DNA of 64,000 bases, from the NCBI GenBank assembly GCA_017620015.1, contig JAFZRE010000004.1, positions 29,627-93,626 of the forward strand, in the 5' to 3' direction. How positions within the stretch are numbered: the first letter of the stretch is position 1; every line of letters starts with the position of its first letter. Both the position numbers and the translations under genes were made by a program. A model generated the notes under the pieces. The model had not been told where the DNA came from, searched no databases, and saw only the letters and a program-made list of their open reading frames with translations. Shown here in pieces: positions 52,701 through 63,100 of the stretch. The stretch is from Bacteroidales bacterium. Its GTDB lineage: Bacteria > Bacteroidota > Bacteroidia > Bacteroidales > ML635J-15.

Positions 52701-53783
52701 AGAACGGCTCCAACCATTGTAATAAGGTTCGTATGCTGCCGTAGGCGTTGAATTGAGAAGTAATAGCAAAAAGTCGGAACCACCACTTATGTCACCGCTG
52801 GCCTTCTTTGTACAGCCAGTGATTGACCTAGAACCTGTCGGTTCGCTTGTAATTGTGGTACCACTACCCGAAGCCTGAGCTGCAGGTGCTTCATACTTGA
52901 ACTTGAAAATCCACTGGTTGAATTCATTTGTAGTTGTATTGTCTTCTCCACAATGGAAAGCTGTAAGGAAATACGGAGTACCATCGTTGTTGGTATTGTT
53001 CATAAGAGAACCAGTACATACATACCAGCTTCCACCCGATTTCAGTGTAATCTGTGCAACGCCGCGCTTTTCGTCCTGCCAGTCATCACCAACAGGTGAG
53101 CAGTTGACATCAACCTCGCACGATTCCGATTCCTGTACCCTAGTCGGAGTATCCTTATAAGGTTTCAGGTCGGTGAATTCGCGGTAGAAATAGCCGACAT
53201 CGAAAATGCGGAAAGTGGTCTTGTCGGTACTGCTAGCCTTCTTGTATGCTGGTTCGTAGTACTCAATGCAAACAACTTCACCTTGCACCTGCTCGATAGC
53301 AAAAGACCCATTCTCAAGGTTGTTCTCGCTAGTGAATGCACCAAGCACTTGCTTGCGGTTCTCGTTGTAGAAGAACAGCTTGCTACCTTCGGCAAGATGG
53401 AAATCCTCGAAACCAAGGGTAAGAGCCTTTGCTCCGGGCACCCTCACCTTCAGAGTCCACAACCTTGCTCCCATAGGAAGGTCGGTCCAAGTACCTGCAT
53501 TTTGCATTGTGATGTCTGCATCGAGCGACACACCAACACGCATAGGCAAATCTTTGCTTGTGTTTGCCAAGTCCTCTGCAATTAACGGTTCAACATCGGG
53601 AGCCTTGAGACTAATCTCGTCGAACTCCACATTTATAAAGGAAGCTGGGCCTCCCTTTTCGGAACTGAAAGTCCACGGCTTCCCACCGTGAGATATCTGT
53701 GCGTTAAGACCGCTGCCAGAGCCTATCAGCAATAGCAACAAAGTCAGCACAAACATTGACTTGATGATAAAATTTCTGCTCAT
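43797..53783 (-). CDS. Giant T9SS-secreted protein (about 3328 aa): S1 (lysyl-endopeptidase-like) serine protease, PKD and cleaved-adhesin/MAM-like domains, more than 20 Ig-like repeats, T9SS CTD
   Basis: Start at MSRNFIIKSMFVLTLLLLLIGSGSGLNAQ (53783; the ORF is open to 53843). Protease motifs ..FLTAFHCGED.. and ..GGSSGSPLFDSNG... PKD units (..WTFEGGTPSSST..). Adhesin-like motifs ..PPNNDWLISAPL..FWAKS..ERFNVLLS... Repeats of about 78 aa (..AYC.G.TI.L....FAWSGPNGF.S..QNPTIANA....G.YT..). CTD IQLYPNPVRDMATF..GVYILRITTDSEVHNIKFTKE. Confidence 0.85.
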   Translation of the reverse strand: MSRNFIIKSMFVLTLLLLLIGSGSGLNAQISHGGKPWTFSSEKGGPASFINVEFDEISLKAPDVEPLIAEDLANTSKDLPMRVGVSLDADITMQNAGTWTDLPMGARLWTLKVRVPGAKALTLGFEDFHLAEGSKLFFYNENRKQVLGAFTSENNLENGSFAIEQVQGEVVCIEYYEPAYKKASSTDKTTFRIFDVGYFYREFTDLKPYKDTPTRVQESESCEVDVNCSPVGDDWQDEKRGVAQITLKSGGSWYVCTGSLMNNTNNDGTPYFLTAFHCGEDNTTTNEFNQWIFKFKYEAPAAQASGSGTTITSEPTGSRSITGCTKKASGDISGGSDFLLLLLNSTPTAAYEPYYNGWSRSTTAPSNGVGIHHPAGDIKKISTYSTASTGSYTGSASSAHWRLTWTRNSNGYGVTEGGSSGSPLFDSNGFVVGTLTGGSSYCTMTSGQDYYGKISYHWQSNGNTNAKQLKPWLDPTNTGVTNCPGYDPFANQPPEVNFGASTTTILEGGSIDFYNYTVNNPVSYSWTFEGGTPSSSTATEPTGITYNTAGTYDVTLSSTNANGTNSMTKSDYINVISPTGSFCDTVSQFGGEPAVYSLTLDNAYAGYLSGTNGYDMTSWAEKFTAYSPYNKVSGFRFFPVVATNGTNCDVTFNLWSVANDAPSEVIASKTITMANVISAMNSTGYIDIDFGAVYDIPAEGFAVGFDRPGDPSSGDTLATYTNSEDGEYSTAYVNYGGWADYSSLLGSTGLQYPMFPFVCYDGSIAPTANFTSDTRQVNVGESVNFYDISAGNVTSRSWSFEGGSPSTSTEENPVVTYSAPGSYQVSLTVTNANGSNTRTVAAYINVFDPNASSGSFSLDFEACGDFQVDNFHPWTTYDGDGAATYESSGFDFLNEAYTGSFIAFNSSSTSPEATGWDAHGGDRCGICFASTTPPNNDWLISAPLTLCSNASISFWAKSITDNYGLERFNVLLSTTDNSISSFTVKLSGNTYIQAPTTWTQYTYSLSAYAGRTVYVAIQCVSNDAYAFMIDDIEITGDCNSAPTADFMADNTTAEVGSTVSFTDLSTNMPTSWSWTFNGGTPATSTVQNPRVVYNAPGTYSVSLTVTNAQGTDTETKTGYITVTPQSEVLVEWNFPEDSADATADGGISANLTKTISVGGGVGTITYTTDGASTLCANASGWRNGNNAKYWKVNFTTTGYESIKLWSKQSGVSTNNYSPKNFKVQYSLNNSTWTDVTGATVTCAANWTSGVLDEISLPDACNNQANVYLRWIMTSNNAISGTVGRTSYSYIDDIVVKGIQIAAAPVAEFTANTTSVCAGTTVTFTDQSTNTPTSWAWNFGDGNTSTEQNPTHTYATAGTYTVTLVATNNSGNDTETKTNYITVNANPTVSIATPETYCAGETAQINATVSGATTYAWSGPNSYTASTQNVSIANATASNSGTYTITVENVASCMATASTSLTVNANPTLNVSNGGPYCEGATIALNANGNGGTAYSWSGPDGFTSNIQNPTIANADGDNAGTYTATLTNTTTGCSVSASTVVAVNALPTLNASNNGPYCEGTTITLSANGTGGTVYAWSGPNGYTANVANPTIANSTTTNAGTYTVRLTNPTTGCSVEASTIVEVNANPTVTASNTGAYCAGQTIALSAVSADATSFAWSGPNGYSSAQQNPTIANAATNNGGSYTVVATNANNCTAQASTVVTVNANPTANASNTGAYCEGQTITLQTTATGTYAWSGPNGFSSTTQNPTVANATTVNAGTYTLVVTNANNCTANATTTVVVNATPTVTASNTGAYCAGETISLSATSDATSFAWNGPNGFTSTTQNPTIANAATTNGGAYTVVVTNANNCTAEASTNVVVNAVPTITASNTGAYCEGQTISLSATSNATSFAWSGPNGFSSTLQNPTIANSTVSNEGTYTVVATNANNCTAQATTTVVVNTTPTVTASNTGAYCAGETISLNAISDATSFAWNGPNGFTSALQNPTIENAVATNGASYTVVATSAAGCTANASTVVIVNANPLVDASNTGAYCEGATITLQTTATGAYAWRGPNGFTSTMQNPTIANATLADAGTYTLVVTNANNCTADATTTVVVNANPTVELGNNVTVCSGENATLDAGAGLTYHWSTNATTQTISVAAGDYYVTVYNANECSATDNISVANYPQTTLVTTSTAETHSNSHDGTATVTPTGASPFQYNWSNNGNTATISGLAGGNYSVTVTDGNGCVSTAIVNVATMNTPPVADFSVNNAENVTICLGAEVVFADLSTNTPTQWTWNFGDGQTSNVQNPTHTYAEAGSYNVSLTVANQDGTDSKQITNCVVVNAVPTATASNSGAYCGGETIELSVSSDIATEYQWTGPMGFSSAMQNATRPNATTNYAGTYSVVVTSANGCSAVASTDVVVNANPIANASNTGAYCEGATITLQTTATGTYAWSGPNGFTSTLQNPTIENATLANAGEYTLIVSNESECSAQAPTTVVVNANPTLTVSEAATYCAGETVSLTANSGVTSFVWNGPNGYISAMQNPTIANATPANSGTYTVVATSAEGCSVEASTNVTVGANPVATITNNSGTTTLTCSMTSIELVANGGTSYSWNNGVANTAEFIASAAGDYTVVVTNENNCTAEASVTITADGDVPTVSIDGNTTYCEGASISLSASSNVPVTYTWAGPNGYTASTATINIPNATADNAGIYSASVVAANGCEASSTITVVVNANPTVEISSNSPVCEGGDVTFTVSSTETLSYSWSGPNGFASTEASPVISGAIMANAGTYTLAVENVATGCGNTFHTELVVNAAPTVSLGDDVTVCANVEATLNATAGFVSYTWNGEAGSQSFAATEAGDYTVVVADNNGCTASDVVTVNHYELPVLAMSSTPESGHGVADGTASVEISGGTSPYAILWNNNETTAQITGLTNGHYTVVVTDGHGCAVNGAVDVNSLNTPPIAAFTPDVESGCAPLTVNFTDNSTNFPQTWTWYFGEATSSEQNPVYTFNEPGTYTVTLIVSNLDGTDVETAVIRVYATPTVIVPEQQQSIICEGSSSEITVWNDANISYEWSNGSTESTTVVTEAGVYTLTITDEHGCSATAAFEMTMAPVPEISLGADIDVCENSEAEINAGEGYNWYNWSTGEMTQSIMVSAAGEYSVTVFNEYGCAASDTIAVSILAAPTFAISDTSVCVNEEIVLSVETEDEVLWFGETEGNTYAQTYPYAGEYLVWVTVSNGECETTDTITVTVGTCTSVDEMAAMEIQLYPNPVRDMATFTVTGYEGAISYTVVDLSGREMTFETVAVAGESVHTVDVSNLVSGVYILRITTDSEVHNIKFTKE
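45370..46815 (-). repeat. In-frame tandem array B of units of about 234-240 nt (Ig-like repeats, about 6 copies)
   Basis: The GGTCCTAACGG-type (GPNG) landmark recurs about every 235 nt (about 45520, 45755, 46225, 46460, 46690). Confidence 0.75.
47480..49645 (-). repeat. In-frame tandem array A of units of about 234 nt (Ig-like repeats, about 9-10 copies, several highly similar)
   Basis: It runs from VNANPTVSIATPETYCAGE.. to ..VVVNANPTVELGNN. The landmark recurs at about 47625, 47860, 48100, 48325, 48560, 48800, 49040, 49290 and 49530. Confidence 0.8.
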
Positions 53784-53942
53784 AGTATAGAAACTAAAAG
53801 TTATTAACGAATTTTTATAAAATATGGAAGGGTAAAAATACAAAATTTATATATATGTACAACACCACCAGATTATATTATACAAAAATCATATTATTAC
53901 AGATATACGACAACATCAAACATATCATTAATTAATATCAAA

Positions 53943-53970
53943 CAAAAAGGGATGGTTTTTGACCATCCCA
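53943..53970 (-). terminator. Rho-independent terminator downstream of giant gene 3
   Basis: GGGATGGT (53949-53956) pairs with ACCATCCC (53962-53969). On the minus strand a T-run (TTTTTGTTT) follows. Confidence 0.7.
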
Positions 53971-53991
53971 TAAATTTATTATTTGCAATTT

Positions 53992-54020
53992 GTAGCGACG
54001 CGGCGCGCTACGTCAGCTAC
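53992..54020. repeat. GTAGCGACG palindromic intergenic element (family member 3 of 3, imperfect)
   Basis: GTAGCGACG cggcgcgcta CGTCAGCTAC. It is followed by the GCTTCGC-gagaacg-GCGAAGC hairpin (about 54054-54074) and by ACAAATT / ATTTGTTTAATTT short repeats. Confidence 0.65.
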
Positions 54021-54181
54021 AATTGCTCATTATTCTTTTTACCTTTTTCAGTCGCTTCGCGAGAACGGCGAAGCCCTCAACGAAGTTAAATCTTACAAAT
54101 TGACACAAATTTTACAAATTCTATTTTGTTTAATTTGAAACATATTTGTTTAATTTCTGCCCTTTAGGGCACTCAAAACAT

Positions 54182-57100
54182 TTATCTGCCTATTACTATC
54201 CGTTTTACAACCGAACGTGAATCGGACAGAATTATTCTTACTGCATAAACACCCGGTGCAAAGCCTGAAACATCTATCGGAAGCCTATCGTCTGATATGT
54301 TGTCAAGTTCGTAAACGACCTGTCCTGCAAAGTTCACAATCTGCAGTCCTTGCATCTGACGACCTTCCACGAAGAACATTTCTGCCGCTGGATTTGGATA
54401 CAACTCGAAATTGTCGGCATCGAGCAATTCGACAGCATTCTCCTCTATGACTTCCGCATCGGTAGTTGCACAAGCGGTTTCGGACAAGCCGTAGTTACCG
54501 TAACCACAATCGATTTCAACAACATAGCAGTATTCCGTTTCAAAATCGAGCATCATATCGTAGAAAATTGTATCGGAAGTGCTGGTAAGGTACTTGTCGT
54601 CCCTATACAACGAATACGACTGCACGCCACCTACCCTTGTCCAGGTTACAGCCACCGAATTTCCAACAGCCTTTGCTGCTGCAACAGGAAGTTCGCCACA
54701 ACCAGCAGATGCAATTCTTGCACAGGCATCGTTGGACGAAACCGAATTGCACTCATTGTTCCTAAAGAATGCCATCACCCGATAGCAATAGTCCGTCTCA
54801 ACATTTACGCCATCGACCTCGAATGATGACACATCGCCAGAAACAGACACTGCATCAGAACCATCCAAGGAAAGTATTGCGTAGTACGACACACCATACA
54901 ACTCGGTCCATTCAAGCCTTATGCGGTTGCCGTAGGCACGTGCCGTAAGTGACAACTGTACATTGCACGGGAATTCCAATATTTCGACACAAGCTGTATT
55001 GGAAGCCTCCGAAACACAGTCGGCCTCGCCACGCATAAATGCGCGAACATAGTAGCAATGATTGCCAACCTCCGGATTACTTATAGTGTAGGTGGTTGCA
55101 TCAACGGTGTCAATAGGCATAGCCGTGCCCTCCTCGTAGATCAAATATGAAACACTTTCGTAGTCGCCAAGCTCAGCAGCCTCCCAACTAAGGTTTACAG
55201 TGTGGAAAGTATCGGTTTCGGCAACCAAATTGGCAACAGGTGAGCATTGCGGTGTAGAAACTGCCATCGACAGACCGACTTCTGTTACCTCGGGCATACA
55301 AACAACCGGCTTGAACTTGACATTTGCCGTATAGTTGCCGTTTTCAACCGCATATTCGGTTACGGTGACATCGATGCTGCCACCAACAGGAATAACGCCA
55401 CCCTTAACATCGGTGCTTACCCACGAATTCTTGCGTCCAAGTTCATATACGGCAATATTGTTTGTGGCATTGGTGTTCTGTACATTTGCCAAAAGTACAT
55501 ATCTGTCGTCGTACAAGTACTGCGAAACACAGATTCCACCAGCCAACGAACTTGCTGTTGCCAGCGAAGCATCGTTGATGTAATGTACCATTCCTTCAAC
55601 CTGAACGCCGTTGGTGTTGAGCTTGTAAATCTTGGCAAACGGGCCGTTATTTTCCGAAACCTGAGAGAATGCCCACAGGCAAGGAGTTGTGCCCGAGAAC
55701 GCATCGTATGCAATGCTATACACATTGTCCATAGTGTATGAAAGCGGTATCAATGTAGGATATGCTGTGTTGTATGCCACCAACTTATAGAGGTTTGTCC
55801 AGTTGCCGATGTAGAGCAAATCCTCGGCGGTAGAGTACGCGCAGTAACGGATTTGCAGGTCGGGGTCGTTGAGGGTAATCACATCCTCAAGGCTCTGGCT
55901 GTCCATATTAATCTTGTAAATCTTGTTGGTGTTGTCGGTAGCGAAGAAGAATCCGTTTCCGTAGGTCATATTCCTAATTCCGCCAACGCCTTCAATGATA
56001 AACGTCTCCAAATATCCGTTGTCGATTGAGTACCTGCTGAACTCGCCAGCCCTCTGCCACGAAGCGGTATAGATGTAATATCCGTCGGTAGCGATTGCCT
56101 GCTCAGCGTTGTTGTAGGTGCGGATTACGGTGTCGGCATATTCCCACATAGTAGTGTTGTTGCGACTATGCATCACATTGCGCGTCTGCTCTGTTTCGAC
56201 AAGCGAACTCCAAGCCATCGGACCGTCGCCAGTATTGCTAAGCTGAACGGTAAATTGTCTCATCACATACGGATTTGTTTCGTAGGAATCATCCGACAAC
56301 GAAACACTCATTTCGGGCTTAAGCATTAGTACATTGTGCTGTCCGCTTTCGGCAATGGTGTCGCATACGAAGTTGTAGCCAGGCTTTGCAAACTGCAAAA
56401 TAGGATTAGCCCGCTGAACCATAATCACATAATAACCGGCCTCATCGGTAACCGTAGAAGCACCGCCCGAAACCACATTCACGCCCGAAAGCCGCGAAAC
56501 GCCGTCGCTCTCGGCAACATTGCCATAAACAGCAAATTCAGTTTCGGTATTAGCGATTGTCAAGTGAACCGTAACAACGCTGTCGCAACCGCTGACAGAA
56601 GTAAAACGCTGCTCGTAATCGCCAGTAGCAGTGTAGGTTTCGCCGTTCCATACAAATTCGCTGTCGAGCACAATGGTGTCGAACGAAATGCTATACGACT
56701 GGTTAACAGTGACATTTATTGTCTTTTCTTCGCGGCAAGTATCACCAACACCTATTAAAGTAATGTTGTAGATTCCGCTTTCTGCTATCATAAAGGTCTG
56801 ACCTTCAAGCACCTCATCGCCAAGCATAACAGTTACATCTTCCTTTGCAATGGTAAAGCTTACCGAATCGCAAACCGTAGTGTCCTGCGGCATATAGAAC
56901 GCCAAATCCTTTACCTTTACTTCCAAAGTATCGTGGCATGAGCCATACTCATCGGTTCCGACGGCGATATAACTTCCTTCGGGAAGCACGGCAACACCGT
57001 TTTCGACAACAACCTGCTCGTCGGAATTAATAGTATTGTACCAGTCCACAACCGAATATTCGGTTTCGATGGCAACGTGTGCGGTGTCGGTGTTACAAAG

Positions 57101-60100
57101 AACATCATCGGTGCTGATAGACATTTCATGCCTGTCGCTTACGATAATGTCAATCGAACCAGTACGGTTTATGTTGGATGTACGACCAACCATATTGACA
57201 ACATCACTTTTTGCAATCTTCTTGAAGCCCATTGCGGTGGCGATTTCGGTCTTCGGATATTCCATCATCCGTCCGTAGTTCACATTAAACACGTAAACCG
57301 TATTTGCATCCTTTTCGGTTGACGAAAGCATAATCGGAAGGTCGTATTCCAAAGCGAAATAGAACTTGTCGTAGTTGTTGAGTATATATCCCAGTTCGCC
57401 AGCCGACGGCAGATACATATCTTCATCATCAAGAATTGCTGCCGCCGATGTTTCGTCATCGGCAAGAAGCATTGAATTTCTGCGTCCATTCATGTCGTTC
57501 ATTGCATCTGCAACCGTAGCATAGTTTGTATTGCCCGAAACATCTATTGTGTCATACGACCATACGATTTCCTCCAACTTCGAAAGCGACATCAGCAACA
57601 GACTATCCTGCTCAACATTCGCAATCATATATCCAGTTTGGTAATCATACACGGAGATTTCGGTATTCTTGCGCATCGAATATGCATTTTCGCCAAGTTG
57701 CTCATCCAAATATACATAGTCGCCAATCTCAAATTCGCCATACATGCGCTTTCCGCCGCAAGCGACTTCGTAAGTGGAAGTTCCCAGCGGTGGAATCACA
57801 TTGATTCGTGAACCTGTACCAACCGTATCTTCTTCCAAAGTCCACACATATTCGCCCCCGTATGCACCAGGACGCTCGACTGTTGTAAGGGTAGCCGTCT
57901 CGCCAACGCATAAGGTTGTACTGAGTGCAGTAGCAGACAAGTCTTCGGTATCGTAAACACCAAGGAAATTGTCGTAAACTATAACGGGACAAGCACCATT
58001 TTCTGGAATAGTAATATGATAAATGAATTCGCCTGGCATCTGTGGTGTTCCTGAAAGGAAATCAATCCTATCAATATTCGAAATGTACAAGCCTAAATCC
58101 TCGGTTGTAAAAGTTTCAGTACCATCAAGGCTTTCTACGGTTATGTAATATTCCCAACCAGTATCCTCCAGCCTTATATCATCCAATTCGTCGCCAAGGT
58201 TAAGGACCTGCGAGAAACTACCGTCAGTGTGAATCCTTGTGCGCTTCGAAACGTCAATTGAACCGCTATAAGTACTACCGCAACCATAAATTGTATATGA
58301 ATAGTCATACTGCGAATTGTAGAACGGACGTCCAGAAAGCGTAAGCAGAGCCTCATCGTCATTGTAATCAGCATAAATTCCTTCCGGCAGGTAGTAGGTA
58401 GGCCTTTCGACCGAGAATACGACCGGCTCCATAAATTCGCCTTGACATATCGACTGGTTAGGCTCGCCGCTGACAATCGTAATTGGAACAACATCTATTG
58501 CCGATAATTGGGCGGTAATGATTGTTGCCGAGCATCCTGTTACCCCTACAGTTACAGTCCTGTCGGCATTCATCGAAGGTATATAATAGCTTGGACCTTC
58601 GCCCAATACAATATTTTCATCGTATTCGCTATCGGACCACTGATAGTCGAAACCATCAATATAATCCTCGTATCCCTCATCGGCATAGCACGAAAGCGTA
58701 ACTTCACTTCCTACGCATATAGCAGTGTCGTTCAGCCTTATATGAGTTGCCGACGGCAATATGTTATATCTAAAGTCGTACGTCTTTTCGCAACCTTCGA
58801 ACATTGCCGTAATAGTAACTACAAACTGCGAGTTGCCATAGTTGGTTGCCAGATAGTCAATAGGAATACTTACTGCCACGCTGTCGGTACCAAATTCGTT
58901 GATTTGCAGTTCCGGTTCCGACGACCATTGATATTCGGCATCTCCATAAAATGGATTTATAACCGTTATATTTTCGCCCTCGCATAATGGCAATGGGTCT
59001 GAATTGTTGCTATTATCGACAGATAACATTCCCTTAGTAACCATTATCGGACGAGTAAAGATATATGTTGTACTTGTGTCTGTTAACGTTGCCACAATTT
59101 CGGCAGGAAGCGGCGAGTCAACACAAGCTACCGTCAAGTCGGCTGTTACACCCGAATCGCTTTGTGCCGACCACTGTACTTCACCTTCAACCTGTTCTGG
59201 AGAAATACCAAGAGATGTAACTTCCATCACATTCCTGTCGTTTTCGCCGATTAGCATAGGGGTAGAAACGAGTGTCGCAAGCAAGAAGTCTTCCGTGCCA
59301 GCAGGTACAGGGTATTTGTCATCTGCGTGAACCCAGTTTGCCGAGCCAGCAAAAATGCCGTTGCCAACGAGTTCGCGAGTCATCTTGCCAATAGCGGGCA
59401 AGCTGTTGTTGTCATCGGAGAAATTCCACTGCTGATTGTCGTAATAAATGCTGCTCCCTTCGTTTCCAATGCTTGGACATACGGAAGTTGGAATATCCTG
59501 CAAGTAAGAACCTATTATCAAGCACGAATCCACAACGTTATTATAGCCCGAATATACAAAGGCTGCAACATCCTCCTGCTCTGCACCAGTTGAGTTATTG
59601 GCGCTAATCATCGAAATAGAGTTTACGATTCGCGTATCCTTGGCATTGGAAACAAATCCTCCGCTATGCTTTGTCACAATGTTTCCGGCAACTATACAGC
59701 CGTCGATAAGCGTGCCGTCGGACGATTCGCCAACCAAACCTCCAGCATTTTCAGCACTTGAAATATTCGTATATACGGCACAGTTCCTTATTGTAGTCTC
59801 CTTTGCATTATCAATAAGTGCGGTATTACTGCCACAGGTCGAAAGATTGGATATTTCTGCACCCGTGGTGTTGCGGAACAAACATTTACGATTAACATTA
59901 TTTCCCCAAGTTATGGTGTAACCTCCGCCATCAAAGTGACCATTGAAAGAAGACAATGATCCCGATATTTCTATTGAATTACCAAGTCTAAAGTAAAGTC
60001 CATAGCAATAACTTGGGTAATCTGTTCCCAGTTCTTCAAAATCGTCACTCGACGATATTATGATTGGGTCGTCGGCGGAAGAACCTCTTGCACGATGGAC

Positions 60101-63100
60101 AGTAAATGTGTAAGATTTCGTAAAGCCCTCGCAAGTCGCAGTAATTCTAACTGTTGAATCTGCTTGGGGATTCGTCACAGTAGCCACACCTCCACCCGAA
60201 GGCGCCGAAACTATATTGGGGTTGGACGATTCCCAAGTTACACCTTCGACCTGCGGAAGTATAATGTCAGATAGTACCGATGTCATATACTCGCAACGGC
60301 TCAGCCCCTCGGACCTTAGGATTATAGGCATACGAGCAAGTTTGTTGCGTGGGTCGTTGGGGTCAATTCCTGCCGGCAAAGGATAAAGGTTTTCGGCAAA
60401 ATCCCAGTCGCCCGGAAGTTCGTTGGCCAATGCACTGCCCACCATTTGACGCGTTGTACGCGGCGTTCCACCATTATTGAAATTAATTCGTAGCGAATCG
60501 ACCCTTATATCGGTTATTTCAGAATCGAAGAAATCATCTTCGTCGGCATCCGGAGAGATTAAACTTTCCGTATAATCATTGTAATAGTTATATTCATTTA
60601 TAACCATACCAACTTCTATATTTCCCACGCTACTACTGCTACCTTGTAAACATTTAATAGCTGCAACGTCTCCAGTACTCTCTACGATTCCATAATTTGC
60701 ACAGTTGGAAACTTCGCCCTTTATATGGTACGCGATTCCAGCGGCAGCATCGCCACCATAAATATAACCTGAGTTTACACAATTTTTTACCTTTACCGAC
60801 GCATTTCCGCTCGATGTGTTATATCCGCAAATAATGCCGGCAGCTACACCTCTGCTGTTATTGTTAGCATAAATCCTACCATTGTTCACTGCATTTGTTA
60901 TAGAGTTATACTCTGGGGAATAATTGTCATCCAACTTGCCGACTATACCAGCCGTATAGGTTAAATATGCAGCTTGGCTATTCATTATCTCCGCATTGTT
61001 GGTGCAGTTTTCCAATATAAGCGAATAGGCTCTCGACACTATGCCGGCAGATACACAACCAACCTGCGAATATAGGCTCATACCATTGGTACAATTGCTA
61101 ATCGTCGAGTTTTTTGAGCAGGCTACAAGACCACCTGCGTAGTCGCCCGATTGTATCGTATAATTTCCATTGCCCTGAGTGCTGCATCCGATAAGCCTTG
61201 AATTTTGTAACAGACCACAAATAAGTCCACAGTTGATGTAACTAGAAAAGGTTCCATCCGTTATCACAACGGTGCAGTTGCTTATTGTAGAGTTGATAGC
61301 ATTTGTACATAGTATTGATGCGTATGATGCATTTGTCCCTCTCGGGGCACTAGCATTTCCACTTAAAGCCACATTAAGGCTGTCAATCCTGGCATACGAA
61401 ATTGATGTAAACAAACCGCAAACTGAATTCTGGTACAAATCGTTATTAGTAACCGTTATTGTATGTCCGCCACCATTGAAATTACCAGAGAAACCATTCA
61501 TCTGACTTATTTGGACAACATTGGTGGAACCCTGCTCCGCCTCGATGTCGGCAGTGAGTCTGAAGTAAAGACCTGCACCACCATCGTTGATTACCATTCC
61601 TTTGTAAGTATAGGCATCGTATTGTGCGGCAACAGCCTGTGCAAGCTCGTTGAAGTCGCTGAGCGATTCGACCAGCAACGGATTATCGGGAGTTCCCAGC
61701 ATTGGGGACAGAATTATGTTGTATGGTTTGCTATTTTCACCAATGTGTGAATAAAGTGTCAGCGAAACACTTTCCGTTTCAGTCCTGAGCGAATCCAGAT
61801 TGACTGATGTTCCTGCCAGCGGAATGCTGTCGAGCGTCCACGAAATGCCATTGGTCGAAGGCAATATGATATTGCCGTAAACCGACTTTACAGTTTGGTA
61901 ACTTTCATCGTTGGTAGCGGCAAGGAAGATTGGAGTAGTAGCCAACTTGACAATGTCGTTGTCAAGGTCGGTTCCAATAGGCATAGGATAACGGCCGCTG
62001 GTGAAAACCCAGTCGTCGGCAGAAAGTTCATCAGCATTCCCCGATATAAGGTCGTTTGTGAGAATTCCCTTGATGCCATAGGTGTTTCCTGCAAACGGAG
62101 CCAACTGCTTGTCGGTGTAGTTGTCAAAGAAATAGTTCAATGAATTGTCACTATCACTTCCAGTAGAATTCATCAATATGAGCGAAATAATTTCTGCATC
62201 ATAAGGCTGAGAACAAATATTGTTCGGTACATTTATATTGTTTGAAAATTCACAATCGTTAGCATCTATGGCAAGCGGAATTATGTTGTCGCCGTAGTTT
62301 GCACAACCGTATATTTCCGACGACTGCACGCTACCAACTATTGCGCATGGGATTGTATATACATTAGGAGCGTCTGCGAAACTTCCATAATTTGCGCAGT
62401 TGATAATCGAAGAATTAGTAACTTCGCCAATTATACCGGCTATATAAGTATTGCTATATCCCGAAGAACCTACCAAAGTACCGGTATTTACGCACGAACG
62501 CAAAATCAAATCTTCGCCTTGACCGACAATGCCACCAAAGACTGAATTTGATGAATATATCGATGCCTCGTTTACGCAATTGATGAACGATGTTGAATTT
62601 GCAATACCAGCAATGCCTCCGTAGTAACTGTAGCATTCACCACCCATATAAAAAGCAAGATTACCCTTAATTGTTGCGTTGGATATAACAGAATTATAAA
62701 CTTCTCCAATTAAACCTGCCCCTCCGCAAGTACCCATACCTAGATTCTCGCAAACAACAGTAATGTTCGATATGGTAGAATTACCTACATATCCGAACAA
62801 AATACCATTGCCATAATCAACTTCCAGACTATCCGCAAAGGTTATAGTATGGTTTCCTCCATCGAAATGCCCAGTAAAGGAACTGTATTCGCTAGAGTAA
62901 CCATAACCTCCTATTGGCGTCCAGTATGGCCCGGTTACAGTAATGTCAGAATCCACAAGGATATAAATATCATCATCCAGCTGACTAATAAGAGTGTTCC
63001 AATCGTAATCAGCCATACCCTTTGAATATCCGTCCCATGGGTCTTCGTCGCCACCGAACAGCCTTGACAAAGCCTGAAGGTCATTCTCGTTGCTTATGCG

